From: Pseudomonadota bacterium
GTDB taxonomy: Bacteria; Desulfobacterota; Desulfobulbia; Desulfobulbales; SURF-16
Assembly: GCA_043809085.1 (NCBI GenBank)
Contig: JAZDEG010000011.1
Location: 214,272-278,271 of the forward strand
Length of the DNA: 64,000 nucleotides
Direction: 5' to 3'
A model generated the notes under the pieces. The model did not search any database, had not been told where the DNA came from, and saw nothing but the letters and a program-made list of their open reading frames with translations. Of this stretch, positions 47,109-54,555 are shown piece after piece. A program made the position numbers and the translations under genes. Each line of letters opens with the position of its first letter. Position 1 is the first letter of the stretch.

Positions 47109-47982
47109 CTCAACTTTCTGACTTGTGAAAATATGCATTAACACGCTGAAACAGCGAGATTTTTAATAGAAAAGCCCTTTGCTCCCTGGTATATTGTGTT
47201 TGGGAAAAACATAATAAAAACAAGAAGAAAGGGCTGATGAAATATAGCGAGAAACTGTTTGAGGCGCAAGATGCGCGGGGCCTCGGCGCTGAAGGTTTTC
47301 GTTGCGATTTTCCGCTTGCCCTTCGAGGGAAAAATTTCTACTGCGGCATTGTGGAACAAGGTGGCCTGGGGTTCGGCAAGGACGCCGCTTATGCCCTGCT
47401 GCATAACCCCCGGCACAACTGGCGTCGGCTCATGCTGGGTCTGTCGGTGAAAATCGCCGCCGTATTCTCCCTGCTCACCGATGAAGAGCGGGAAAAGGTC
47501 CTGATCTTTGACAGCAGCATCTACGATCGTTCCCGGTCGGAAAAGGTTGAATTGCTTGCCTGGATTTTCGACCATACCGTGGGAAAATTCCTGCGGGGGT
47601 TCAACCTGCTCACTCTGGCCTGATCGGACGGCTTCAGCTTTATCCCCCTGGACTTTGTCTTGGGCTCCTCGGCCAACGAGAAATCGAGGATTCAGGAGGC
47701 GAAGAAGCTGATCGCCCAGCGGACCGCCGGCAGCCTCTTCCATGCCTGCTGCGAGGACCTGCTGCGAGGAGGTAAGGGACCTGACCCTGCTGGATGCCAT
47801 GCAACGGTTGATGACCTTGGTGATTGATAAAATTCGGTCCACTGGAGAATTGGCCGAATATGTCATCAGCAAAATGATTGATGCAATGATGGGTGCAATG
47901 GTTGATATTATGGAAACAATTCGCAGGTCGCATAATAAAAAGTTCGGAATAGCAGAGACTTAATTCAAGTCAGAAAGTTGAG
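47109..47982. mobile_element. internally deleted IS4-family insertion sequence remnant (874 bp) with 17-bp terminal inverted repeats
   Basis: CTCAACTTTCTGACTTG at 47109-47125 is the exact reverse complement of 47966-47982. Transposase fragments lie between the repeats. Confidence 0.7.
47237..47963 (+). pseudogene. IS4-family DDE transposase pseudogene (nonsense mutation + internal deletion)
   Basis: HNPRHNWRRLMLGL...VLIFDSSIYDRSRSEKVELLAWIFDH...GFNLLTLA*SDGFSFIPLDF. The stop TGA at 47621-47623 sits where the family has Trp (LTLGWSDG). The remaining reading frame is far too short for a full transposase. Confidence 0.65.
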
Positions 47983-48163
47983 TTACAAAAGAAAATTTGT
48001 TCCTTATGGTTGACTTGGAAAGAAATATTCAGTTGAGTTTCGCAATAAAACAGCGACGGTGTCTTTCGCATTTTGGAAAAAAATATTAGGTTCCCGTAAT
48101 TTAATATTTCGATTGCGGGAAAACAGGATTATCTGAACTTATGACTTCTTCTTTCTGAAACCA

Positions 48164-49330
48164 GTGAAAATGCAAACCCTGATAATAGAGTTATTATATA
48201 AATTTGCTCAGGATGAAGATGGTTTTCTGGGGGCGATTGATGAGTTGTTCGTGCTAAACGGCACTCAGGTCTATTCTGCCCTGTTTCATGTGTTTGCGGG
48301 CCTCGATCTGCCAGACAACGTCGCCGAAAATCAATGGCATGAAGTCGTAAAACATCATGAGTCTATGGCTCTTGCCCTGAGAAGAAAGGTGAGTATCAAA
48401 ACAGCGCTTTTCGATTATTTTTGCTGCATCAAAAAAACTGTCCGCAACCCAAAGATGATTGAGATGCTTCAGTATGAACAAACAGCAAGGCTGGCAAAGT
48501 ATGATGACTTGACCGGTCTTTTAAACCGTCATATGTATAATGAAGCCCTGGCACGCGAAATAACCAGGGCTGAAAGGCATTCTCTCGATCTGTCAATACT
48601 GTTTCTTGACCTTGATGATTTTAAAAAAATCAATGACCGCTATGGTCATAAGGCTGGCGATATTGTCTTGAAATCAGTAGCAGAAGTTATTATGCGTAAC
48701 CTTCGGAATGAAGATATCGCAGTAAGATATGGCGGTGAAGAAATAATTTTGCTGCTCCCGGAAACCAGCAAAAAAAATGCCTTTATTCTGGGGGAACGTA
48801 TTCGCGATGATGTTGCAGGCTTATGGATTCGCTACGGTGGGAGAGAAATCAATGTCACCTTGAGCGGCGGTCTCGCCTCTTTTCCTTATGATGCGACAGA
48901 TCTTGTCAATATTCAGGAAAATGCGGACAAGGCTCTCTATATGGCAAAGAAGGGCGGGAAAAATACAATCTGCATGTTTTCTCATGATATGCGGCGCTAT
49001 GTCCGTGTGGAATGTAACCGCGAAATCTATGTGGATGAGTTGGGCTTTAACGGTAAAGCTTTTTGCAAAGCCAGGAGTAGGGACATCAGCGGTGGAGGAT
49101 TATTTTTTGAAGCAGACAGAGAATTTGACCCCGGCACAAGGGTACAGGTGCAAATACCGCTTAACCCCGACAATCTGCTCTTGTTGGTCGCCAAGGTTGT
49201 GCGCACAAAATCTTCAGGGGAAAAACGATTTGAAACAGGAGCTTCCTTCGCGGCTCTCGATAACGGAACAAGCAGACAATTATTTAGCTATATATTCCTG
49301 AAAACTCATTGCCCACAGGTCAACGCTTAA
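48164..49330 (+). CDS. diguanylate cyclase (GGDEF) with C-terminal PilZ domain
   Basis: GGDEF domain LTGLLNRH...DLDDFKKINDRYGHKAGD...RYGGEEI, with an I-site RNED five residues upstream. PilZ motifs RRYVR (RxxxR) and DISGGG (DxSxxG) are present. Confidence 0.85.
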   Translation: MKMQTLIIELLYKFAQDEDGFLGAIDELFVLNGTQVYSALFHVFAGLDLPDNVAENQWHEVVKHHESMALALRRKVSIKTALFDYFCCIKKTVRNPKMIEMLQYEQTARLAKYDDLTGLLNRHMYNEALAREITRAERHSLDLSILFLDLDDFKKINDRYGHKAGDIVLKSVAEVIMRNLRNEDIAVRYGGEEIILLLPETSKKNAFILGERIRDDVAGLWIRYGGREINVTLSGGLASFPYDATDLVNIQENADKALYMAKKGGKNTICMFSHDMRRYVRVECNREIYVDELGFNGKAFCKARSRDISGGGLFFEADREFDPGTRVQVQIPLNPDNLLLLVAKVVRTKSSGEKRFETGASFAALDNGTSRQLFSYIFLKTHCPQVNA

Positions 49331-49814
49331 GTCAGAATGTTTTTGCTCTGAGCATGATTGCTGCAGATTGAAGCTTATCATCAACCAGTTGATTCATGAA
49401 CAGTTTTTTGAAAATTGGCTGTTCGAGTTTTCCCGACTTGACTTTCCTCCACCGTAAAATATAACATGAAAAGAAAAATTTCGTAAAGAAAGGGAATGCG
49501 TTTTCAGTCGGGAATCGATCATATCCCCTGCTTGATTATTTTCTGTGATTTGACTTCGCATGAATCATTGTATCTCTTCCTCCCAACGTTGCCCCCTAAC
49601 GGCCCATGGCCTGTGCAGATATAACTCGTGAGTATAACGGGGAAATCTAACTCCATGGTCGTTTTCTGAAAGATTCGGCAAAACGAACCGCAACATACTT
49701 ATATCAAAGAGTAAGTCTGAAATGAGTGAAATTCGATAAGCTTGAATTTTCCCAAAAGAGAGCTCTTGAAATTCATCTCAGAAACATGAACCTAATTCAC
49801 GGGAGGAAAAGCAA

Positions 49815-49994
49815 ATGAGAATGACCAATATCAAAGAAAAGGCGACGAGCTTGGGCATCAAGTCGGGGAAAATGAACAAAACTGTCCTCATTCGCACGAT
49901 TCAATCAAAAGAGGGGAATTCTCCATGTTTTCAAACTGGTATGGTCTCCTGTGAACAGTATGACTGTTGTTGGCGGACAGATTGCTTCAAGTAA
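49815..49994 (+). CDS. small SAP/Rho-N-like, Cys-rich protein (59 aa, below the ORF-track cutoff)
   Basis: My translation is MRMTNIKEKATSLGIKSGKMNKTVLIRTIQSKEGNSPCFQTGMVSCEQYDCCWRTDCFK. A GGGAGGA RBS lies upstream. The pattern matches small SAP-domain proteins I recall from related anaerobes. Confidence 0.55.
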   Translation: MRMTNIKEKATSLGIKSGKMNKTVLIRTIQSKEGNSPCFQTGMVSCEQYDCCWRTDCFK

Positions 49995-50098
49995 ATTCCC
50001 TTGAGTCTTAAACAGTGCTGATATGGGAATCTCCCCCCCCGAAAAATAGAGGTGATCAAAAACAGGATTTTTTCGTGAAAATACAGAAAGAGATTCTG

Positions 50099-50319
50099 CA
50101 TGATAAAGATCACGTTTTAGAGAAAAACGGATTCCGGATATTCTGAAACAGGCAGAGGCCAGCTCACCGGTTTCAGAGCTTTGCCGGGACATGGGATGAG
50201 CAGCGCTGCTTTTTTGCAAGTGGCGAGCCAAATATGGTGGCATGGGTGCATCGCTAATGAGTCGTCTCGCTGAACTGGAAGGAGAAAGTCGGCGCCTCAA
50301 GATGTTTCTGATGCTCTGA
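50099..50319 (+). pseudogene. IS3-family (IS407-group-like) transposase OrfA remnant
   Basis: REKRIPDILKQAEASSPVSELCRDMG*AALLFCKWRAKYGGMGASLMSRLAELEGESRRLK resembles ILKQAEAG.PV.ELCRK.G....FYKWRAKYGGM. It has an in-frame stop and a frameshift, and OrfB is missing. Confidence 0.6.
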
Positions 50320-50327
50320 AGATAATG

Positions 50328-50370
50328 CTGCAAATCCGATGGTTACATGTTTGAATCATGCCGGGCACGC
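50328..50370 (+). repeat. diverged copy of the 3' half of tRNA-Arg (possible att remnant)
   Basis: CTGCAAATCCGATGGTTACATGTTTGAATCATGCCGGGCACGC compared with tRNA bases 45781-45823, CTACGAATCCGATGGTCGCATGTTCGAATCATGCCGGGTGCGC. 36 of 43 positions are identical, and no 5' half is present. Confidence 0.7.
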
Positions 50371-50372
50371 TT

Positions 50373-50545
50373 ACTTGGAGGTGAAAGTCCTCTGTCCTCT
50401 ACACACCAGACCGGTGGCGGCGTTGGTCGGACGGCAAGGTTAATATCGTGAAATATTGGCTGAAGGAAGCCGCCGTGGTGCGGAACCGTATGCTCGGTGG
50501 TGGTGTGAGAGGCAGCGGGGTGACCCCGCCGCCCACTCGACTTAG
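50373..50545 (+). other. possible group II intron RNA fragment (domain I-like), no reverse transcriptase ORF
   Basis: GGAGGTGAAAGTCC ... GGCTGAAGGAAGCCGCCG resemble the GGUGAGAGUCC and CUGAAGGAAGCGG blocks of bacterial group II introns such as the Oceanobacillus IIC intron (recalled from memory). No GUGYG 5' end and no domain V were seen. Confidence 0.3.
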
Positions 50546-50599
50546 TTACCTTGTTTGTTCAGATTTGCTCTTGCCGTTTCTTTTCATTTGTTACCAATA

Positions 50600-51823
50600 C
50601 TACTGAACATCCCAACTAAAGCTCAAGTCCCCTACGCGCTGGCTGGTTGCGATAATGTTGCCGGTCATGGAGTTGAGCCACAACAGGCCGGTCGAGTTGT
50701 TGCGAAGCAGAAGATCGCTCTTGCCGTCGCCGGTGAAATCAGCGACCTGATCAACCGACCAAGCCGTATTCAGCGCCCCGACATTCTGGCTCGCCGTAAT
50801 GGCATTGCCGTTCATGGTGTAGAGCCACAGCTGGCCGGTCGCAGTGTTGCGGAGCAGGATGTCTGCTTTCTGGTCGCCGGTCATGTCTGAAGATGATGCA
50901 ATCTCCCAAGCCAGACTCAGGCCGCCAACCTTTTCGCTTGCCGTGATGATATTGCCGTTCATGGTGTAAAGCCAGAGAAGGCCGGTGTTGCTGTTGCGCA
51001 GAAGGATGTCCGCCTTGTTGTCGCCATTGAAATCCTCAACGCTAACTATCTTCCAGGCCAGATCGAGAGCGCCGATGTTCTGGCTTGCTGTAATGGTTGC
51101 TCCATTCATCGTATAGAGCCAGAGATGGCCGGTTGTTTTGTTGCGTAAGAGGATGTCTGCTTGCTGGTCGCCGTTCAGATCAGAAGTCGCTGAGACTTCC
51201 CAAGCCAGACTCAGGCCGCCAACTTGCCTGCTATCCGTGACAACATTGCCATTCATGGTGTAAAGCCACAGTTGCCCAAGATCTGCATGGCGAAGCAGGA
51301 TGTCGGCCTTGCCGTCACCTGTAAGATCAGCGATGCCGGCCATTTTCCAGACGGGATTCAAGGCCCCGACATTGTCGGTTTTATCGATTGATGCTCCGTT
51401 CATTTCATACATCCAGAGTTGGCCGGATCCTATGTTGCGGAGTAAAACATCGGCCTTGCCGTCAACTGAAAAATCATTTTTTACGGCTTTCGGACATGTG
51501 CAGACAACTTCCGCGGAATAATCACTTTCAAGCCCGGTGGTATCATAGGCTGTTGCTGCGAAATAGAAAGTCTTGCCCGCAGGCAAATCTGTTACCTTAT
51601 ATGTTACTTTGCCGTTGGTAATTGCCGGATTGCCGACATCGATTGTTCCGGTATAGCTGCGAGACGCGCTGCCGTAATAAATTTTATACCCGGCAAGATT
51701 CGGATCAGAATTCGGGGTCCAGGAAAAACTCAGTTCCGCAGACTGGCACGAATTTGAGAACATGAAAAAAAGAAACAGAAAAAAAAGACGGAATGGGGTG
51801 AAAGGGGAAATTGTTCTCTGCAT
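50600..51823 (-). CDS. secreted FN3 + six FG-GAP/VCBS-type repeat protein (paralog 1)
   Basis: Signal peptide, then an FN3-like domain (SFSWTPNSDPNLAGYKIYYG...YFAATAYDTTGLESDYS), then six tandem 49-aa repeats of the form DxxGDGKADILLRNxxTGQLWLYTMNG.... Confidence 0.8.
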   Translation of the reverse strand: MQRTISPFTPFRLFFLFLFFMFSNSCQSAELSFSWTPNSDPNLAGYKIYYGSASRSYTGTIDVGNPAITNGKVTYKVTDLPAGKTFYFAATAYDTTGLESDYSAEVVCTCPKAVKNDFSVDGKADVLLRNIGSGQLWMYEMNGASIDKTDNVGALNPVWKMAGIADLTGDGKADILLRHADLGQLWLYTMNGNVVTDSRQVGGLSLAWEVSATSDLNGDQQADILLRNKTTGHLWLYTMNGATITASQNIGALDLAWKIVSVEDFNGDNKADILLRNSNTGLLWLYTMNGNIITASEKVGGLSLAWEIASSSDMTGDQKADILLRNTATGQLWLYTMNGNAITASQNVGALNTAWSVDQVADFTGDGKSDLLLRNNSTGLLWLNSMTGNIIATSQRVGDLSFSWDVQ

Positions 51824-51877
51824 AGTAGCACCTCTTTTGATCCCAGCAGATCAGAAAAGAAGCGCTGATCTTACCAG

Positions 51878-51892
51878 GCAACCTCGCTACCA
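51878..51892 (-). promoter_or_regulatory. sigma-54 (-24/-12) type promoter of FG-GAP paralog 1
   Basis: The reverse strand reads TGGTAGCGAGGTTGC, GG-N10-GC with consensus spacing. It lies about 55 nt upstream of the ATG at 51823. Confidence 0.55.
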
Positions 51893-52520
51893 TATCTCTG
51901 GAAAAGTACAGAGACTTAGGCCGATGGCTTTGCGTCCCACTCTTTCAAGTGGTTTGCCTTTTTCAAGTAAAATTCAAAAACAGTTGATTTTAACAAAAGT
52001 CCCATGAAGACAGGGATGACTAGAAGATTAGCAATAACCGTTCCATTGATAATGAATAATCTCCATAATTGACCAGGTTGCGCATTATGTGCTTAATTTG
52101 AGAGTGAAAAAAATGAAGTGATATGCCCACGATTTTTTCGATGTGGGCTTTTCCATGCGAAGAAATACGCAACAGGAAAAGATAAATTAAAAAAAAATTA
52201 TCATTTTGAGCCACAAATTAAATTTAATTAAGTGATTGAGCCGAAAAAAATGGAAAAGTCTTGCCTTTGTGTAAAGCGAGAAGTCGAGCCATACAGCAGA
52301 GAGAGGTATTGTCCACACAACAATTCGGTGGGCCATCCGGGGAGCAACCGGTGTTTTCAAGAGCCGCAAGGGAAAAAATCAGCGAGGTTGGGAGATGGTG
52401 GAATGGGCGGTTGAAAACGCCAGGGCACATTTCAACCGCTCATCATTCAAAAACCTTTTGTAAATGCGTGATTAATTGAGGTCGGACGGGTTTACTTCGA
52501 TTAGCGCATAAAACACGATA

Positions 52521-53741
52521 TTACTGCACAGCCCAACTGAAGCTCAAGGCACTTACAGACTGGCCGGCTACGATAATGTTGCCGTTCATGGTGTTGAGCC
52601 ACAGTTGACCTGTCATGTTGTCGCGCAGCAGAAGATCGCTCTTGCGGTCACCGGTGAAATCAGAAACCTTAACAATCGACCAGGCCGGATTCAACGCCCC
52701 GATATTGAGACTTGCAATAATGGTATTGCCGTTCATGGCGTAGAGCCAGAGCTGGCCGGTTGCAATGTTGCGGAGCAGAATATCTGCCTTGCCGTCGCCG
52801 GTCATATCTGAAGACGCTGAAACTTCCCAATCCAGACTCAGACCGCCGACATTCAGGCTTGAAGAAATGGTGTTGCCGTTCATGGTGAAGAGCCAGAGCT
52901 GGCCGGTGTCGCTGTTGCGAAGCAGAATGTCTGCCTTGCCGTCGCCACTGAAATCGGCAACGCCGGCTATCTTCCAGAGCAGATTGAGAGCGCCTACGTT
53001 CTGGATTGCTGTAATGCTCGCGCCGTTCATCGTATAGAGCCATATCTGGCCGGTTGTTCTGTTGCGGAGAAGGATGTCTGCCTTGCCGTCGCCGGTCAGG
53101 TCGGCAGTCGCCGAAACCTTCCAATCAAGACTCAAAGCGCCAACTTCCTTGCTATCCGTTACAACATTACCATTCATGGTGTAAAGCCACAGCTGACCGA
53201 GATACGTGTGGCGCAGCAGGATGTCTGCCTTGCCGTCTCGGGTGAAATCAGCGATGTCTGCCGCTTGCCAGGCGGAATCCAAGGTTCCGACATCGTTGCT
53301 GTTGGTGATCGTTGCTCCGTTCATTTCATACATCCAGAACTGACCGGATCCTGTGTTGCGGAGTAAAACATCGGCTTTGCCGTCACCTGAGAAATCATTT
53401 TTTACGGCTGTCGGAGATGTGCAGACAATTTCAGCAGAGTAATCACTTTCAAGGCCAGTAGTATCATAGGCTGTTGCCGCGAAATAGAATGTCTGTCCAG
53501 CAGGCAGATCTTTTACCTTATATGTCACTTTGCCGTCGATAATTGCCGGGTTGCCGACATTGATTGCTACAGTATAGCTGCGGGATGCACTGCCATAATA
53601 AATTTTATAACCGGCAAGATTCGTATCCGAATTCGGGGTCCAGGAAAAACTCAGTTCCACAGCCTGGGATGAATTTGAGAACAGGAAAAAAAGAAAAAGG
53701 GACAAAAGAAAAAAACGTATGACGGGAAATTTTTTTAGCAT
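52521..53741 (-). CDS. secreted FN3 + six FG-GAP/VCBS-type repeat protein (paralog 2)
   Basis: Same architecture as paralog 1 and about 70-80 % identical by eye. I prefer the start MLKKFPVIRFF at 53741, because the longer ORF-track start translates the promoter region. Confidence 0.8.
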   Translation of the reverse strand: MLKKFPVIRFFLLSLFLFFLFSNSSQAVELSFSWTPNSDTNLAGYKIYYGSASRSYTVAINVGNPAIIDGKVTYKVKDLPAGQTFYFAATAYDTTGLESDYSAEIVCTSPTAVKNDFSGDGKADVLLRNTGSGQFWMYEMNGATITNSNDVGTLDSAWQAADIADFTRDGKADILLRHTYLGQLWLYTMNGNVVTDSKEVGALSLDWKVSATADLTGDGKADILLRNRTTGQIWLYTMNGASITAIQNVGALNLLWKIAGVADFSGDGKADILLRNSDTGQLWLFTMNGNTISSSLNVGGLSLDWEVSASSDMTGDGKADILLRNIATGQLWLYAMNGNTIIASLNIGALNPAWSIVKVSDFTGDRKSDLLLRDNMTGQLWLNTMNGNIIVAGQSVSALSFSWAVQ

Positions 53742-53809
53742 ATTTTTGGTTGCACTACTTATAGAGGGGACGCGCAGCAGGCCAGATAAAGAAGTGATGA
53801 TCTTGCCAG

Positions 53810-53824
53810 GCAACCTCGCCGCCA
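53810..53824 (-). promoter_or_regulatory. sigma-54 (-24/-12) type promoter of FG-GAP paralog 2
   Basis: The reverse strand reads TGGCGGCGAGGTTGC. It occupies the same position and has the same -12 half as the paralog 1 promoter. Confidence 0.55.
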
Positions 53825-54555
53825 TATCTCTGTTGTAGTTTCAGAAACGCAGGCCTAGGTTTTACGTCCCACTTTTTTTTAAGTGGTTTGCCTTTTCAGG
53901 TAAAATTTAACGACTGTTTATGTTAACGAGAGTGTCGGGGAAATATTGCCGCAAACTAAAAGCAAAAATCGTTCCGTCAAGACGGAATGATTTGTGAAAA
54001 AAAATTATATTCTGCAATGTTCACCCAGTGTATAGCGTAACATGCTAAAATAACAAGTTGTTTTTTGAAGACACTTGATAGTATAAAGAGAGCGGCAGTG
54101 AAAAAAATAAACAAACAAGAAAACAAACCAGCTTGAGCGGACCCGATTAATGAACTCAATGATTGAGTATACTATAAATGCGGTCGAGAAAAAGCCAGGG
54201 ATGTCGCAAGTCGGCGACATCGTGCTGGGCGGGGGCTGAGGGCAAATAACATGCGCAATGAGCCGCTTCTCACAAGTGTTGTCGCGAATTACCGACATCT
54301 TTTGCCGGGTACGAAGTGTGCGTATTTCTTATGCAGAATAGGCACTTGTCTCGATTGGTGATACAATATTACTATTTTTTATGTAGAATATTGCCAAAAG
54401 TTGTCAGCTTTTCGGGTCCAGAATGGTCCCCAAAATGCAAACAGTGTGATAATGTGTAAATTCGAACACTTTTGAACGAGGATTTGCCTGATGTCAGAAG
54501 AAACGAAGGCGCTATTTTTCGAGTTCAAAGCAATGATCGCCCTGGAAGCCGTCTA

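Noticed and set aside
47138-47872. 244-aa ORF on the minus strand inside the IS remnant
   Set aside because: The plus-strand frames carry recognisable IS4-type transposase blocks. The minus-strand ORF is the antisense shadow and has no similarity to anything I recognise.
50380-50470. GGTGAAAGTCC ... GAAGGAAGC considered as a cobalamin riboswitch or RNase P RNA core
   Set aside because: I found no B12 box (GCCACTG-like) and no downstream plus-strand gene to regulate. The segment is far too short and lacks the other universally conserved RNase P blocks. A group II intron fragment is the better, still tentative, reading.
50600-53741. Regular nucleotide periodicity that could be mistaken for a CRISPR or satellite array
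   Set aside because: The 147-bp period is in frame and corresponds to 49-aa FG-GAP protein repeats inside two long ORFs. There are no short identical repeats with unique spacers, so no CRISPR array is present anywhere in the window.
53742-53825. 28-codon N-terminal extension of FG-GAP paralog 2 (MAARLPGKI...)
   Set aside because: It translates the conserved promoter region shared with paralog 1, where the same sequence is clearly non-coding. The signal peptide begins at MLKKF.
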